Below are positions 45,546-57,700 of a DNA stretch of 64,000 bases, piece after piece. Made by a program: the position numbers and the translations under genes. The notes beneath the pieces are model-generated. The model was not told where the DNA came from, searched no databases, and saw only the letters and a program-made list of their open reading frames with translations. Position 1 is the first letter of the stretch. Each line of letters starts with the position of its first letter. Source of the DNA: Pocillopora damicornis (lineage: Eukaryota); contig NW_020844479.1 in the NCBI RefSeq assembly GCF_003704095.1, forward strand, positions 1 through 64,000. Direction: 5' to 3'.

Positions 45546-45845
45546 ACGCAGATTACGTCAGATTACGTCAAGCCTTCTTTTTTTTCTATTTAAGTCTGAA
45601 TTTTCTCTCATATTTCTCCATATGCTCGTTAATCACTATTTCATTGATTTTTAAACTCTAAGGGTTATCAAAATCATTTAGTCAGAGTAACTCACGGACT
45701 TTCGTAAAATAACTTGACGTCATAGCTTAAAGACTCCCGTCTGCAGTATAAGGTATCGGAAATAATGAAGACGTTTTAAAAATTTTACAATTCAGCTATT
45801 CTCTCAGTGCATCGAAAAACTTTGACTGAATGTTATAGGGTGCAC

Positions 45846-46644
45846 TTATTTCCTTACGACACAATCCCCATTGTCGTTTATCCCTGTGATATATTTGTTA
45901 CCGTCGACGCGCAGGTTTATAACTTGGATTTCCTTCAAGGGATCTCTGGATTCTGACGCTCCAGTAATGTGGAGCTCCACAGGAAGTTCCTTTTTCGGAT
46001 CGAAGGCGGAATATTTGTACTTGCCCTGGCCTTCTGAGGCTCGGCGAATGATGCGGTATTCATCAAAACCTGTGAAGGTTTATTTCATTGAGTTTGTTAC
46101 TTCATCATTTCTCTCACCTTCAATTTCACCTATTACCGAGATTTTTGCCTATGCAACAGGAAGGAGAAAGATTAGGGTTAGGGTGTAGGGTTTAGCGCGC
46201 CTAACCCTCGCGTGAAGCGAGGGTTGCGCGCGCACTAGCAGATCACTAGCATGACGAGAAGAAGTAAGGAGCTAACGCGAGCATCTTTCCATAAGGCACG
46301 GAAGTGGAAGAAACTCGCGGTGCAAGGGGGTGCATGCGTGTCAAACACGCGCGCAAAGAAATTATTTTGCAGGGTAAAGACTACGCACGCTTTTCAGATT
46401 TATGCAAGTCCTAACCCAACTCTGTTTTCTTTGGAGTTGTAATTCATAATTCAGTTGTGAATGAAGAAAAAATATTTGAAGTATCTAGATGAATAAGCTT
46501 TTTTTAGCTCTATGGTAACACTCAATGTTGCACAGTGTGTGTCAGATCCATTTGATTTAATGTAACCACCATTTCTGTACCTTCTAAATTCCCTCCTTCT
46601 GCAATTTGCCATTCTTCGGCGGACAAATAATTGATCAAATCCAT
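45846..46644 (-). CDS. Unnamed small protein, paralogue B (95 aa)
   Basis: Coding exons 46581-46644 and 45846-46069 (phase 1), with a possible 5'UTR exon ending at 50147. MDLINYLSAEEWQIAEGGNLEGFDEYRIIRRASEGQGKYKYSAFDPKKELPVELHITGASESRDPLKEIQVINLRVDGNKYITGINDNGDCVVRK. Confidence 0.85.
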
Positions 46645-49600
46645 GATTTGGTTCCGGGTGATCACCGTTGAGAGCTGCCTTGTTGAAGCAAAAACAGATC
46701 GCATATCATTGCGAGTTCTTGGCAAGAAATAGGTTTGTTTAGGGGGAAGTCCTGGAGAGATGTTCGTGAAACCCCCTCCCCCCCCTCCCCCCGTGACATT
46801 TACCACCCTTTGAGAGATGAATTTTCAAAAATTCACTCAAAATTCAAATCATATAATCTCCGTACAAAGAGAGCCAGCGAATCTGAACAATATACACAGC
46901 TTGAAAAATTTCACAATCAATAAAATACAGCGTGCATGTCTGTCAACATAACAACTGATTGGGTAGTCCGGGTGTGACATGCTGTAAACCCCCATTCCCC
47001 CCCATAATGCAGGTGTTTTACCAAGGGAATAAAGATCGTTTAGTAAACCGGCCATGTAGAGTGGATGGTGGGAGGAGGGGGAGGGGACTGAGAAAGGTGA
47101 GAAGACGCAGTTATTTCTATTGCCCCACCTCTCCCCTCTCACTCCTTTTTACTGTCGCTCACCCCTTGATACAAATTTATATCTCTCCCCAGTCTCCGCC
47201 GCTGTAAGAACCAAAGATGGCAGCTTTCATTTTCATCAAGCTCTACTCTGCTGGCTAATTATCCAACGATTTTGTGACAACCATGCGATATGAACTTTCC
47301 CACAGATAAAGAGTTTGTGGTTCAATCGAAGTCATTGTGTACTAAAACACACATGTTTTAAATCATGTATTTTAGGTGTTTGCAACATGAAGCAAATGTT
47401 GCCAATTCGACCGCGACAAGCCCGATGGCACATTCCATAAGGTGCCAAGAAGACGATTAAAAGGTGAACTGAGAGGCCGAAGAGGTGATAAGACGAGGGA
47501 ATCCATGTGGTGAGAAGCCAACCACACGCGCCATCGACAAACCGACCGCAATTTGACAACGCAGTCACTTGCTTCATGGAATTTCTCTGAATTCCACACA
47601 ACCAGAAACACTTTTCCAGAAATTTTGTGAGGCTTTGATTATCATAATAGGGCCCCTGAGCATGAAACCACGGCGGTGACGGCTACGAGAACATAGCAAA
47701 AAAACTGATTTCTAATGGGCAGAATTAAAGCTCAGCGCGTGCGTTTTCAAACTATGTACATTTCTCAGCCGTCTTCTGCAAAACAACAACGTGAGACCTT
47801 CAAAATTTGTGTAGTTTGTGGACATAAACCCCGATAGCAAATCGTATATCTAAGTTAACGCTGCTGGTGAAGTCGGGGTCTAGCGTCGTAAGAGACGGAA
47901 AACACATCTAACCCTAAGCAAAATTCCAACTTAAATTATAAATTCCTTTTCAATCGATGTCTTCTTCGGTGTTGCCATCCTGATTGCTTAAGGTCGCAGT
48001 CTCTAAGATAAACTATAAAGGCTGATTTTCAAGGTAGCTCAATTTGTCGGTTTCATTTTTCTGAAATGCCTTGGAAAAACTGGGATTTCGTTCGTCATTC
48101 TTGTGCCCGAGTTTTCGAAAAACTACTTTATCAGTGGTGATTTGTACGATTTTTAATTAATATTGCAATGTGATTCAAACATTAAACGATGTTAGGCGCG
48201 ATGCCGTGGCACCCGCTTCATCTTAATCAATAATTCTTCTGAAAAGGAGATTAGGATTTTTGAGCGATTTTTGTACATTGTTTAGGTGTTTTGGCAGCTA
48301 GACAGAGCATAATGATCAGACAAACGTAAAAGGCCCTTAGGATTTTACCGAACGTTAAAAAAAATCAAAAGATATAATTGGCCTTCAAATCAAATTACTC
48401 AAAATTCAAACAAACTATTCTTCATAAACTTTCTGCAGGCTAATTAAAAATGATAACTGATCTAAACTGGCCACAAATAAAACAAAAAAGCACGATAAAA
48501 TTTACAGATAGCTTTGTTTAGAGATGCTAATGGTTAAGATAGAATTTGTTCTATGAAAAGTCGGTCTCCCTTTTAATTACAGACTCAAATTAGAGTCTAT
48601 AACCTTTGTCCTGGCCGCAAATGTTTGTACTAACGGAACCCATTTCAACGACATAGACAAGTATGACTTGAATGCAAACAATTGGAAAAAGAATATTCAG
48701 CCGAAATAAAAGAAACCAGCACCCCACGGAGTTCAGCAAGTGTTCTTATCAATAACTTACACAAGAAAAGCCGTGTCTACGTTCTTTTAATACCGGGGTT
48801 TTTCCGTGTTTTCCAAAAATAAAACCTTTCTCGAGCGGTTGAAAATGACTTGCGACTTCTTATCGCTAGTTAAACTCTGAAACAAATCGCATTTCGATGC
48901 CTTTTTTGTGTGTGTAAATATTTGATACTTAGGTACTTAAATTCAGTGATTTTTTTAACCAAGTGCCTGAAGCACTTGTGGTTTTAGAGAATGGAATGGT
49001 CAAAAGACGTTTGTCTGTGCCAGTTGAAAATCACTGAGATTCCTTGATTCACAATCCACGCGGCATTGTGTGTAGGAACCATTCAAACAGTGACTGTCTA
49101 TCAGACTAATCGCGGTTTAGATATGAGGAGAGCTAAATTATTTCGACAGGTTTCAAGGAAAGGGGACGGTTCTACTCAACCGTAGCGTAAATATGTTTCT
49201 GATTGTATTTCATTTTTTTTAACTCTTTCATCATAAGAGAGCAACTATTTGCATAGAAAAATCTCTTTAACTTCCCTTTAAATCGCAATAAAAAATTTAA
49301 CTAAAACAACTGTAATGCTTTTGAAAATGGCTTTTCCTGTTGATGGATTTTTTCCAATGTATTTTAAGAAGGCTGCTTTTTTGACCCTCGAGGACAATAT
49401 ACAGTACACTTAAACTAGTGGTGACATGAAGCAAACAAAACCGCTTGAGGTATTCTGAATTTTTCAGCCTATAATTTGGTTGTAGAAGCAATAAAACGGT
49501 ATCGTTTTGTTAAATACTGAGATTAATAAGCTTTTTTGTTACGGATATGGACGCCAAATGTTATTTAAGGGAGATAACAGGCGACTGAAGTGGACTAAAC

Positions 49601-51463
49601 GTGGTTCGTTAATACTTCATAGAAATGTCATTTCCGTTCGCTAACCCTTCAGAGAATTGAAAACAAAAACATGTAACGAAGTCTTTCCAGTTGGGAACCA
49701 GAGCGAAATACAAAATCTACCTCATCTTCTTGCTTGTGAGAGCTTAATTACACACGTGTTGAAACACTCGCGTGAATCGCCAATATAATGCTATTACGAT
49801 CACTCAATTGTGAAACAAGGTTAGTCAACTCTCTTTTGTCCTGCACCCCTATCATAATGAAAATGTTCTTTACTGTAGACAAAGCCGAGTGATCTGAAGC
49901 TTGGATAACTTTGTGATCGAGAATGAAAACCGTTTACTGCTGCAAGCTGTTTTATTTAGGCCGCATAGAGCACCCTGGGTGCGTTAACAAGTGATCAGAG
50001 ATTGCCCAACAAATCAAGGCTGTAATTGACATTGTAAACAAATGCGAAGTTAACAACTTTAGCACGCTGTCGTTCTGAAAAAATCTTAAAACATATCTGT
50101 CGGATGTTTCACGATTCAAAATAAAGCTACAAAGCATACCATTTACCTGTGTCTTGTGATTTATGCAGAGAGTGCAAAGAAGGCTCAGTCGCTAAGTGGC
50201 AAAGACCTGCTATCCAACAAGCACCTTGTCGAGATGAGTAAATGACCCTTATTACTCAGTCGAAGCTAATTAAATTCACTATGAAACACGCAAGCGTGTG
50301 ATTGGCCTAAAATGCTGCTTATTGACGGAAGTGATCTGCAGTTCATTTAATTTCATTAGCTGACGGCATGAGAGGGTAAAACTCACGCAATCATGGAGCC
50401 ACGGGGCAACTACCTTAGTTTTTGAGTGGGTAATTTCGATCGCTTTAGCGAGTTTTTTTTCCTTCGTGTGCACGCTTTTCATAGCTATCAAATCTTACTG
50501 CCCAGCTTTAACCTTAGACAAACTCTAAGAAGCTTAGATCCGTGTCTAAGGGTTTTAACAGGCTTAAAGTACTTTGTTTCACAATATTCACTTATAGGGG
50601 TGCAAAAACACCCCTCGCAATAAATCGAGTTTAAATACTGATAAGTCTTAACCATTTCCTGAAATGACACGCAATTTGAGTTAGCAACGTTCAGTAAAAT
50701 GTGTATCGTACTGGGCGGTCATTATTTATGGCCTGAGAGGGGGTGGGTGAAGAATTTTGGTTTTGTCCCAATAGAAGTTATCTGATCTCCAAGTCAGGTC
50801 AGTATTCTGATGATCCCTTACTCCCTCCCCTCCCCCCCTTCCCCCCCCCCCCATCATTAGCAGTGCCAATTTTCTTTAGTTTCCCTTTACACCCTGTTAG
50901 GAACGACTGTCCCCCTTTCCCTGTGATCCCTCAAAATCCTCTGTCCCCCTCCCCCGAAGCAATAAATAATTTTCAAGTGGTAGTGGTACCTTTGATCATA
51001 AAGTGTACTGTTCAAGCATAATTACTTTAGGGGCTGTTTCCATATTCTCACGTTAGATTTCCGTGACTGGGTGCTCTGTGCCATTAACTTGTAGTATTGA
51101 CATTGAGAAACACATATTTGTTAAAACTCTTCGGAATTTTAAAGAAGTAGATAGATAGATAGAAGGTTGTTTCCAGTCCCTCGGTGATCATCCTTGTAAC
51201 CCTGTCGTCGATTTAACCCCTAAGAGTGACTATAATCTAAATTCTCTTTTTACAGTATCGCTACTGATCAAGCATGAAGGTCAGGAGAGGAAAGGAAATG
51301 ATCTCCAGCTTAAGAAATTCTCTACCATCATAGATAAACATAAGAAACGTATAGAGGAACAACGGGCCCCCTCGCATCTAGTGCAGGTAAAAGTTAGCAG
51401 CTTACTCCAAGACCCTGGAGCTGGTTCGTCTGCTCCCATAATGCTTTGGTGCTTTCATTCAAA

Positions 51464-53936
51464 ATGGCGGCCTTTTCGTTCTCTGCATGGTACTCCAGTT
51501 TATTTGCAGTTTCTATGGGTATTTTCCTACAATTTAACACAAAACAGTCACAGCCGTATATGGATGAGATTTTCCATGTCCCCCAGGCCCAGAAATACTG
51601 CAACTACAAGTTTGATGAATGGGATCCAAAGATAACAACATTGCCAGGATTGTATTTTATATCCTTCGCATGTTTGCGAACTTTGGCGTTTTTCGTTGGA
51701 CACGAATTACGTGTAGTGTGTTCGACGTTTTTTCTACGGATGGTTAATACTTTGTTCCTAATGGGTAACGTGTTGCTTCTGAGGCAGATCCTGTTAATTC
51801 TTCACTGCGATAATACTCGACAGTCACGTCAGGTACGGTTTTCGAATTTTATGAATAGTGTAAAGGACTCAGGTACTTTCTTACGCAATCACTTGCGTAC
51901 TTGCGTAAACGTGCGGTATCAGAACACTTATGTAATGGAAAGGGGGACGGTGGGGTCTGAGTCACTCACTAGGTATCGAAAGCTGGACCTTCACATCTGA
52001 GATCCCATGTCGACCCTTCGACCTTTGGAGTGAGTCGCATCTAATTTCTCCTTACAATAATCACCCCTGAATGAAATATTACGGTCACGAGAATGAAGGA
52101 ATAAGATCACCATCTAAAGAGGCTCTTGATTGTTAAGTCATTTTGGCAAAATTTCCGCACAGCCCCATACTTCATTATGCATCCATAAATGGGGCTTTAT
52201 ATTCAGTGTATCACCAATAAGACGTGCATGCATAATGAAGTATGGGGCTGTGCGGAAATTTTTCTGTAATTTCTTCTTGTTAGTACCTTAAGAAATGTGT
52301 CGAGAACAGTAAGGAGAAAATACATACTGATTTTGGGTGTCAAGGGTTAAACAAAAGAGCGACGGAGAACTCCTTGTTGAGTTCACTGTCATGACTATGT
52401 TTATATGCATTAAGCATTCTGCATGGATCAGAAATTTGGAAAGTGTTGTGTAGTTGGTATAATTAGAGCTTTTAGCTTGATCGTCAAATGAAGGAAATTG
52501 TTGAAGATGCTATTCAGTTAATGACAGAGGCACACTTGGAGAAAAAACTCCAAGTTCTACTAATTATGATTTAAACCAGTGACCTTCTGATTAGTACTCT
52601 GTACACTTTAAATGCTTTATTACTGAGCCATGGGAAACTCATGGCAAGCTGAGCTGTTCATTAAGGTCCATGGTGACAAACTTCCTGCATACTGCGAGGA
52701 TAAGAGTGTCACTGATGCTTATAAATGATGACAATGTACGTGTAAATAAAGATGGTAAATTTAAGCCTGGTGGTTTGAGTGAAAGATGTTATTCAGTGAA
52801 TAACATTAGTGAACTCAGCCTCAAAATTGTTACTGCGTAACAATTGGTGGTCATTAATTACATTTTTTTTTTCTGAACAGGGAGATGAACCCACAGAAGA
52901 AGAGATCTCTTCACCCATTAAATGTTCTGTGACGGCTTTGGTCCTGGCATTATTCCCTGTGATGTATTTCTTTACATTCCTCTACTACACTGATTCAAGC
53001 TCCACTTTCTTTGTTCTTCTACTGTATTACCTCAGTCTCCGTGGAAACCATTTCATTGCAGCCCTGATTGGTGCCGCATCAATTGCCGTGCGTCAAACTA
53101 ATGTCATATGGGTGGTGTTCACAGCTGGAGTGACTGCATTGAGAACTTTACAATCAGTTGAGAAAGAAACAGCTTCATCAACATTTTTCACAGAACTGAA
53201 GGAATATATCAAATCATTTTACCACAACTTTTTCAAGATGTTCAGATATCTCTGGGCCTATGGTTTTGTTGTAGCATGTTTTGCTATTTTTGTGGTCATG
53301 AATGGTGGAATCGTAGTTGGTGATAAGAGTCAGCACCAGGCATGCTTAAATTTCCCACAGTTGTTTTACCTTCTGACTTTTACCCTTGCATTCAGTAGCT
53401 CCCAGCTGCTTTTGCCACAAGACATTGTAAGCTATTTGAAAACCTTTAAAAACATTGTCAAGAAACCATTGTATGTTATTGGGTTACTTTTATCTGCAGT
53501 TTCCATAACCTTAATCATTTACAAATTTACATATGTGCATGAGTATCTTCTAGCTGACAATCGGCACTACCCATTTTATATTTGGCGGAAACTTTATGCC
53601 AGGCATTGGGTGGTGAAATATGCTCTTACACCTTTGTATATATTTTCAGGATACTGTATTCACCGTCAATTATCTCTAAAACAACCAAGAACATGGCTAG
53701 CTATGTTCTACATCTGTGTCTCCATGGTTACTGTCCCCCAAAAACTGTTGGAATTTCGGTACTACATCATCCCATACATTTTCTATCGGCTTCACAGTCC
53801 ACTAGGGTCTTATACAAGAGTTGCTTTAGAATGCATGTTATACATAGCTGTGAATGCAATTACTTTCTACTTGTTCTTGGAAAAACCATTTCGTTGGGCT
53901 CACAGTCCTAAGGAAGTTCAAAGGTTTATGTGGTAG
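51464..53936 (+). CDS. ALG10: Dol-P-Glc:Glc2Man9GlcNAc2-PP-Dol alpha-1,2-glucosyltransferase (ALG10/DIE2), 2 exons
   Basis: Exons 51464-51832 and 52881-53936. Motifs PYMDEIFHVPQAQKYC, WDPKITTLPGLY, FLYYTD, RQTNVIW, NGGIVVGDK, LLADNRHYPFYIW, LLEFRYYIIP and C-terminal QRFMW. Confidence 0.97.
52010..52350 (-). mobile_element. piggyBac-like MITE in the ALG10 intron, interrupted by a hairpin element
   Basis: GACCCTTCGACC...TTTCTCCTTACAAT...CAAGGGTTAA, with an unrelated inverted repeat at 52148-52262. Confidence 0.65.
52148..52262. repeat. Perfect 35-bp inverted repeat with a 45-nt spacer
   Basis: AAAATTTCCGCACAGCCCCATACTTCATTATGCAT (52148-52182) and its exact reverse complement (52228-52262). 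Confidence 0.9.
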
Positions 53937-54038
53937 CCAAGTGATCAAATGAAATTGAATATATTGTTTATTTTACAATCCCTACTTTTGTAAACATACA
54001 GGCTTGGAAATTCAAAACTATGCCCTTTGGCATATCTG

Positions 54039-54252
54039 TCAACCCTTTGACTCCAAGAAGTAATTATAACATGACCTCTCTCAATAATATCCATACATTA
54101 ACCAGCAAACAGATGATAAACAATACTCAAAACTTATCAGGTAGAAATTGTTATCTTGTTCCAACAACAAAGTCTTGTAACTAATTTACAAGGAAATGTA
54201 TAACAGCAAGTAAGGAGAAGTAACAAGCAGATCTTGGGAGTTAAAGGGTTTA
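54039..54252 (-). mobile_element. piggyBac-like MITE between the ALG10 and GTSE1-like 3' ends
   Basis: TCAACCCTTTGACTCC...GATCTTGGGAGTTAAAGGGTTTA. Confidence 0.7.
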
Positions 54253-54740
54253 TCTCTAAAATTCTTCAACATACCAGTATATCAAGCTTGCAGCACCACA
54301 GATGTAGTGGAGTGTTCACTTGAAGTGTCACAACAATATTAATTTTGAATGCTCATGACAGCAGCAGCTACATTGTGACTTTCCATGGTTAAATTTTTGA
54401 ATGATATACACTGTACCAAGTTATGATCATACACTTTATAATCTCAATGTGAGGCACATTCAGTAGTATTAATGTCAAGACAAAATCCAGTTAGTACCTT
54501 TAACAAAACAATACATGTAAAACATTGCATACCCAACAAAACTCAATGCTACATGTGTTTGACAATCATTAAGGTGATTTCCTTTGACAACTTGTGAAAA
54601 AAATTTCACAAGTGCACATTTTATTAACATTTAGTTTCTTTGGAATAGCATTGTGTCCTGTTTGCTGTACAGGTGTATGTGAAAAACTGGTCTTTCTCTT
54701 AATCTGGCCTTTAAATGCCAGATATATTCCTCTGATATCT

Positions 54741-57700
54741 TCATATGTCAATAAGATTTCCCTGCAATAAAAATAAGAGAAGAAATGATGATGTAAGTTG
54801 TTGAGTACTGGGAAGAAAACAAAGAGAACTTATAAAAGATCTCAATAAGAATGAAGCTTTGTTTTGGGAAGCCTTCTTAAATTCAAGTGTCTCATCATTA
54901 CTGTCAGGAATATCAATAGTATCAAAGATCAAGACTGTGAATTTGCTAGTCTTTTTTTGAGGGTTACTGTAGACTATCATTATCATCATTATAATTATTA
55001 TCATTCCCCAATCTTTGGTACCATGCCAATCTTTAAACCTGTGGTGTTACAATAATTGCACTTACTTCCCTGGCGACAGCAGGTGACCATTCAATCAAAT
55101 TTCCAGCAACTGAATGGTCACTAGTGTTCACACTTTTCGGATCGATGGAAACAAACTGGGAAGCTGGAGAAAATGGATCGGATAATCTTGTGTTAGAGTG
55201 TGATAGTTGCAGATTTGGGTCTGGTTTTGAGGCAGAACTCCTTGGTTTAACTTCAGCTGATGGAGAGGAGCTGAATGAAAGGGAACCAGGAGGCTCATTG
55301 TTGATGCTGATTGATCTAGACTTCTGTGACTGGGATCTAGTGATCCTGTTTTTCAAAGGAGTTGGCAGAAGAGAGCGTCTTTTTTGGCCATTTGCACTCA
55401 GTGACTTTCTTTTTGAAACATTGCTGGAAGCTGCTAAAAAATTAATAGTAGTAAATAGACTTGAAGTAAGTAGGGGTAAAGAAACTGTGACAGTTACAAG
55501 GGATTTCCATTAAAAAAAACTAGTGGGGGTGGGGGAAAGTGTTATGTAACAGGAGCATATGTTACATAAAAGCTTCACTCCAAGCCCACTGAAATTTAGC
55601 CTTGGAATTCTTAATTCTCTGATCTGATTCCCAAACCCACTATGTTAAGTGTTGGCTGAGCACCCATCATTATCTGTCAAAACAAAAGTGATTCCAAGTT
55701 CATTTTGTGTGCTAATAAAGTTGGAGATTGGCTTCCTTCAACCCCAGAAACATACATGTGTACTAATCATGCATTGAGTTTTGCTCTGCAAGGAAGGGCA
55801 GTTTACCACTAAGTTAACAAAGGCATCACTAAATGGAGGTAGGGAGCCTGAAACATCCAGGAACTTCTACTATTAACAGCCAGCTCCTAGATGGAGACTT
55901 CTCCTGTGGCTGGCAAATCCTAGCAACTCAGCTATGAGCCCCCTCACAGGAAAGGGAAACAGGCACCTGTAACAATGAATAAACAGTGGAAAGAGAGTGG
56001 GAAGGGATGGGGAAAACTGCCTGGATGATGAGCTGGCACTCCTCACAATGCTGCAAGTTCACACTCAAAGCACACACATGAATGCCTCAAACAAAGAGCA
56101 TGTGGAGTTCTGACACATGTGCATATGCAGAAAACCGCTGACCACTAGAGAATGCTTATGCTCTTTGTTATTAACTCCATTAAATTGCATTTAACTGCAT
56201 CAATAATCATGATCTCTACCTGGATTTGGTGGAGTAACATTATCAGTGGATGCATAACATGCATTTTCAGGTGTAGATGGTAGGGGGGCATTCTTGTTGT
56301 GAGCCTTTGAGGATACAGCTGCTGTTGTACCACTTTTGCGCCTTTGCACAGATGTTTGGACTTTTGAGGTACTAGCCCTTGGTGTGACACTACCTCTTCT
56401 CCTTGGAGTCAAAGGCACTGTCATGCTTTTCCCTTTAGTGGGAGTTTGTGCCTGTCTAACAGCCTGGCCTGTTGGAGTGTTACTCCTACTTTGCCTTACA
56501 GGTGTATTAAATGACTTGGACCTCTGTATGCTATTGGGTGTTTGTGACCTGGTGACCATTTGCTCAGAGCACATTCCACTCCAGCGACGCCCAGGAGTGT
56601 GGCCAGGCACCTTCTTTGATTTCAGAACATCAGTTGGTGTTGGTGGAGCTTTCTTGCTGTGAGTGACTGGCTGTGGAAGTGCTTTCACTGGCTGAGGTCG
56701 TCCTTTAGGCCTGGAAAAGGTAGGCTTTGTCAATGCACTATTTCCATTTACTGGCTTCAAGCAGGCCTTAGTAACTGGAACTTTGCGTGCACAGACAGTT
56801 GGAATAGATGAAATGTCAGAAGAAGAACCTTTGGAGATGACAAAAGTCTCATTCATGTCACTTGATTGAACTGATACAGCACTAGAAGTGGAAGACACAG
56901 AGGAAGATGAACTTGTGCGACGTCGTCTTGGCTGACAACCAAATCCTGGAGGTTTTATTCCACTTTGTGAAACTTGTGGAATCTATGAATTGGAAGAAAA
57001 ATTAATCCCAGCTCAACAAACATAAGGGTCTTTACTACATTTTGAAACCACTTCAGGGCTTTAATTGAAAAGTGTATTAACTAAAGATTAAAGAGAAGTA
57101 ACATGAGAATTTTCTCCATGCTTGGATAAACAATTTCCAAACAGCTGTGGCAGGAGAAATCTTCAATCTCCAATACCCATAGACAAAAATTGCCTGTACT
57201 CCAACAGGGTTTGTGCGTTTTTTAAGCAGCGAGAATTCCATGACTTTCCATTTCTTTTCAAAAAATAAAAAAATTACCTAAGTTAAGCAAGTGTACTGTT
57301 GGGTCCTTTCCAAATGGTTCACAAATTTGCATAAATATCACGCAAGAATGCAGTGCAAACAAAAATGTCTGCAAGAGTAGATCTTACAACACCTGCTAAT
57401 GTTTATTTCTACTGAAATTAAATCTTACATTTTGACTTATTGGTTAATTTTTCAAAGACAGATCTCCACTGCTTTGAGCTCATAAGAATGACCGCAGATT
57501 TTCCACAAGTTTCCATGACTTTACAGGTCCTAAACCAAAATTCCATGACTTTCCAGGCCAGGTACAAACCCTGTTCTTACTGATGAAGTTAATTTATTTG
57601 AGGTCTACTTTGTGTCTACATTAAGCTTTATTTACCTTTTCATTCTCTGAACCACCAGTTTTCCGTCTCAGACCATACAGATGTTCTACTTTTATAGGCT

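Noticed and set aside
46645-46704. Mitochondrial presequence-like extension MRSVFASTRQLSTVITRNQI on paralogue B
   Set aside because: The stretch overlaps a plausible pyrimidine tract and acceptor (TCTGTTTTTGCTTCAACAAG), so the upstream ATG is probably intronic. It is absent from paralogue A.
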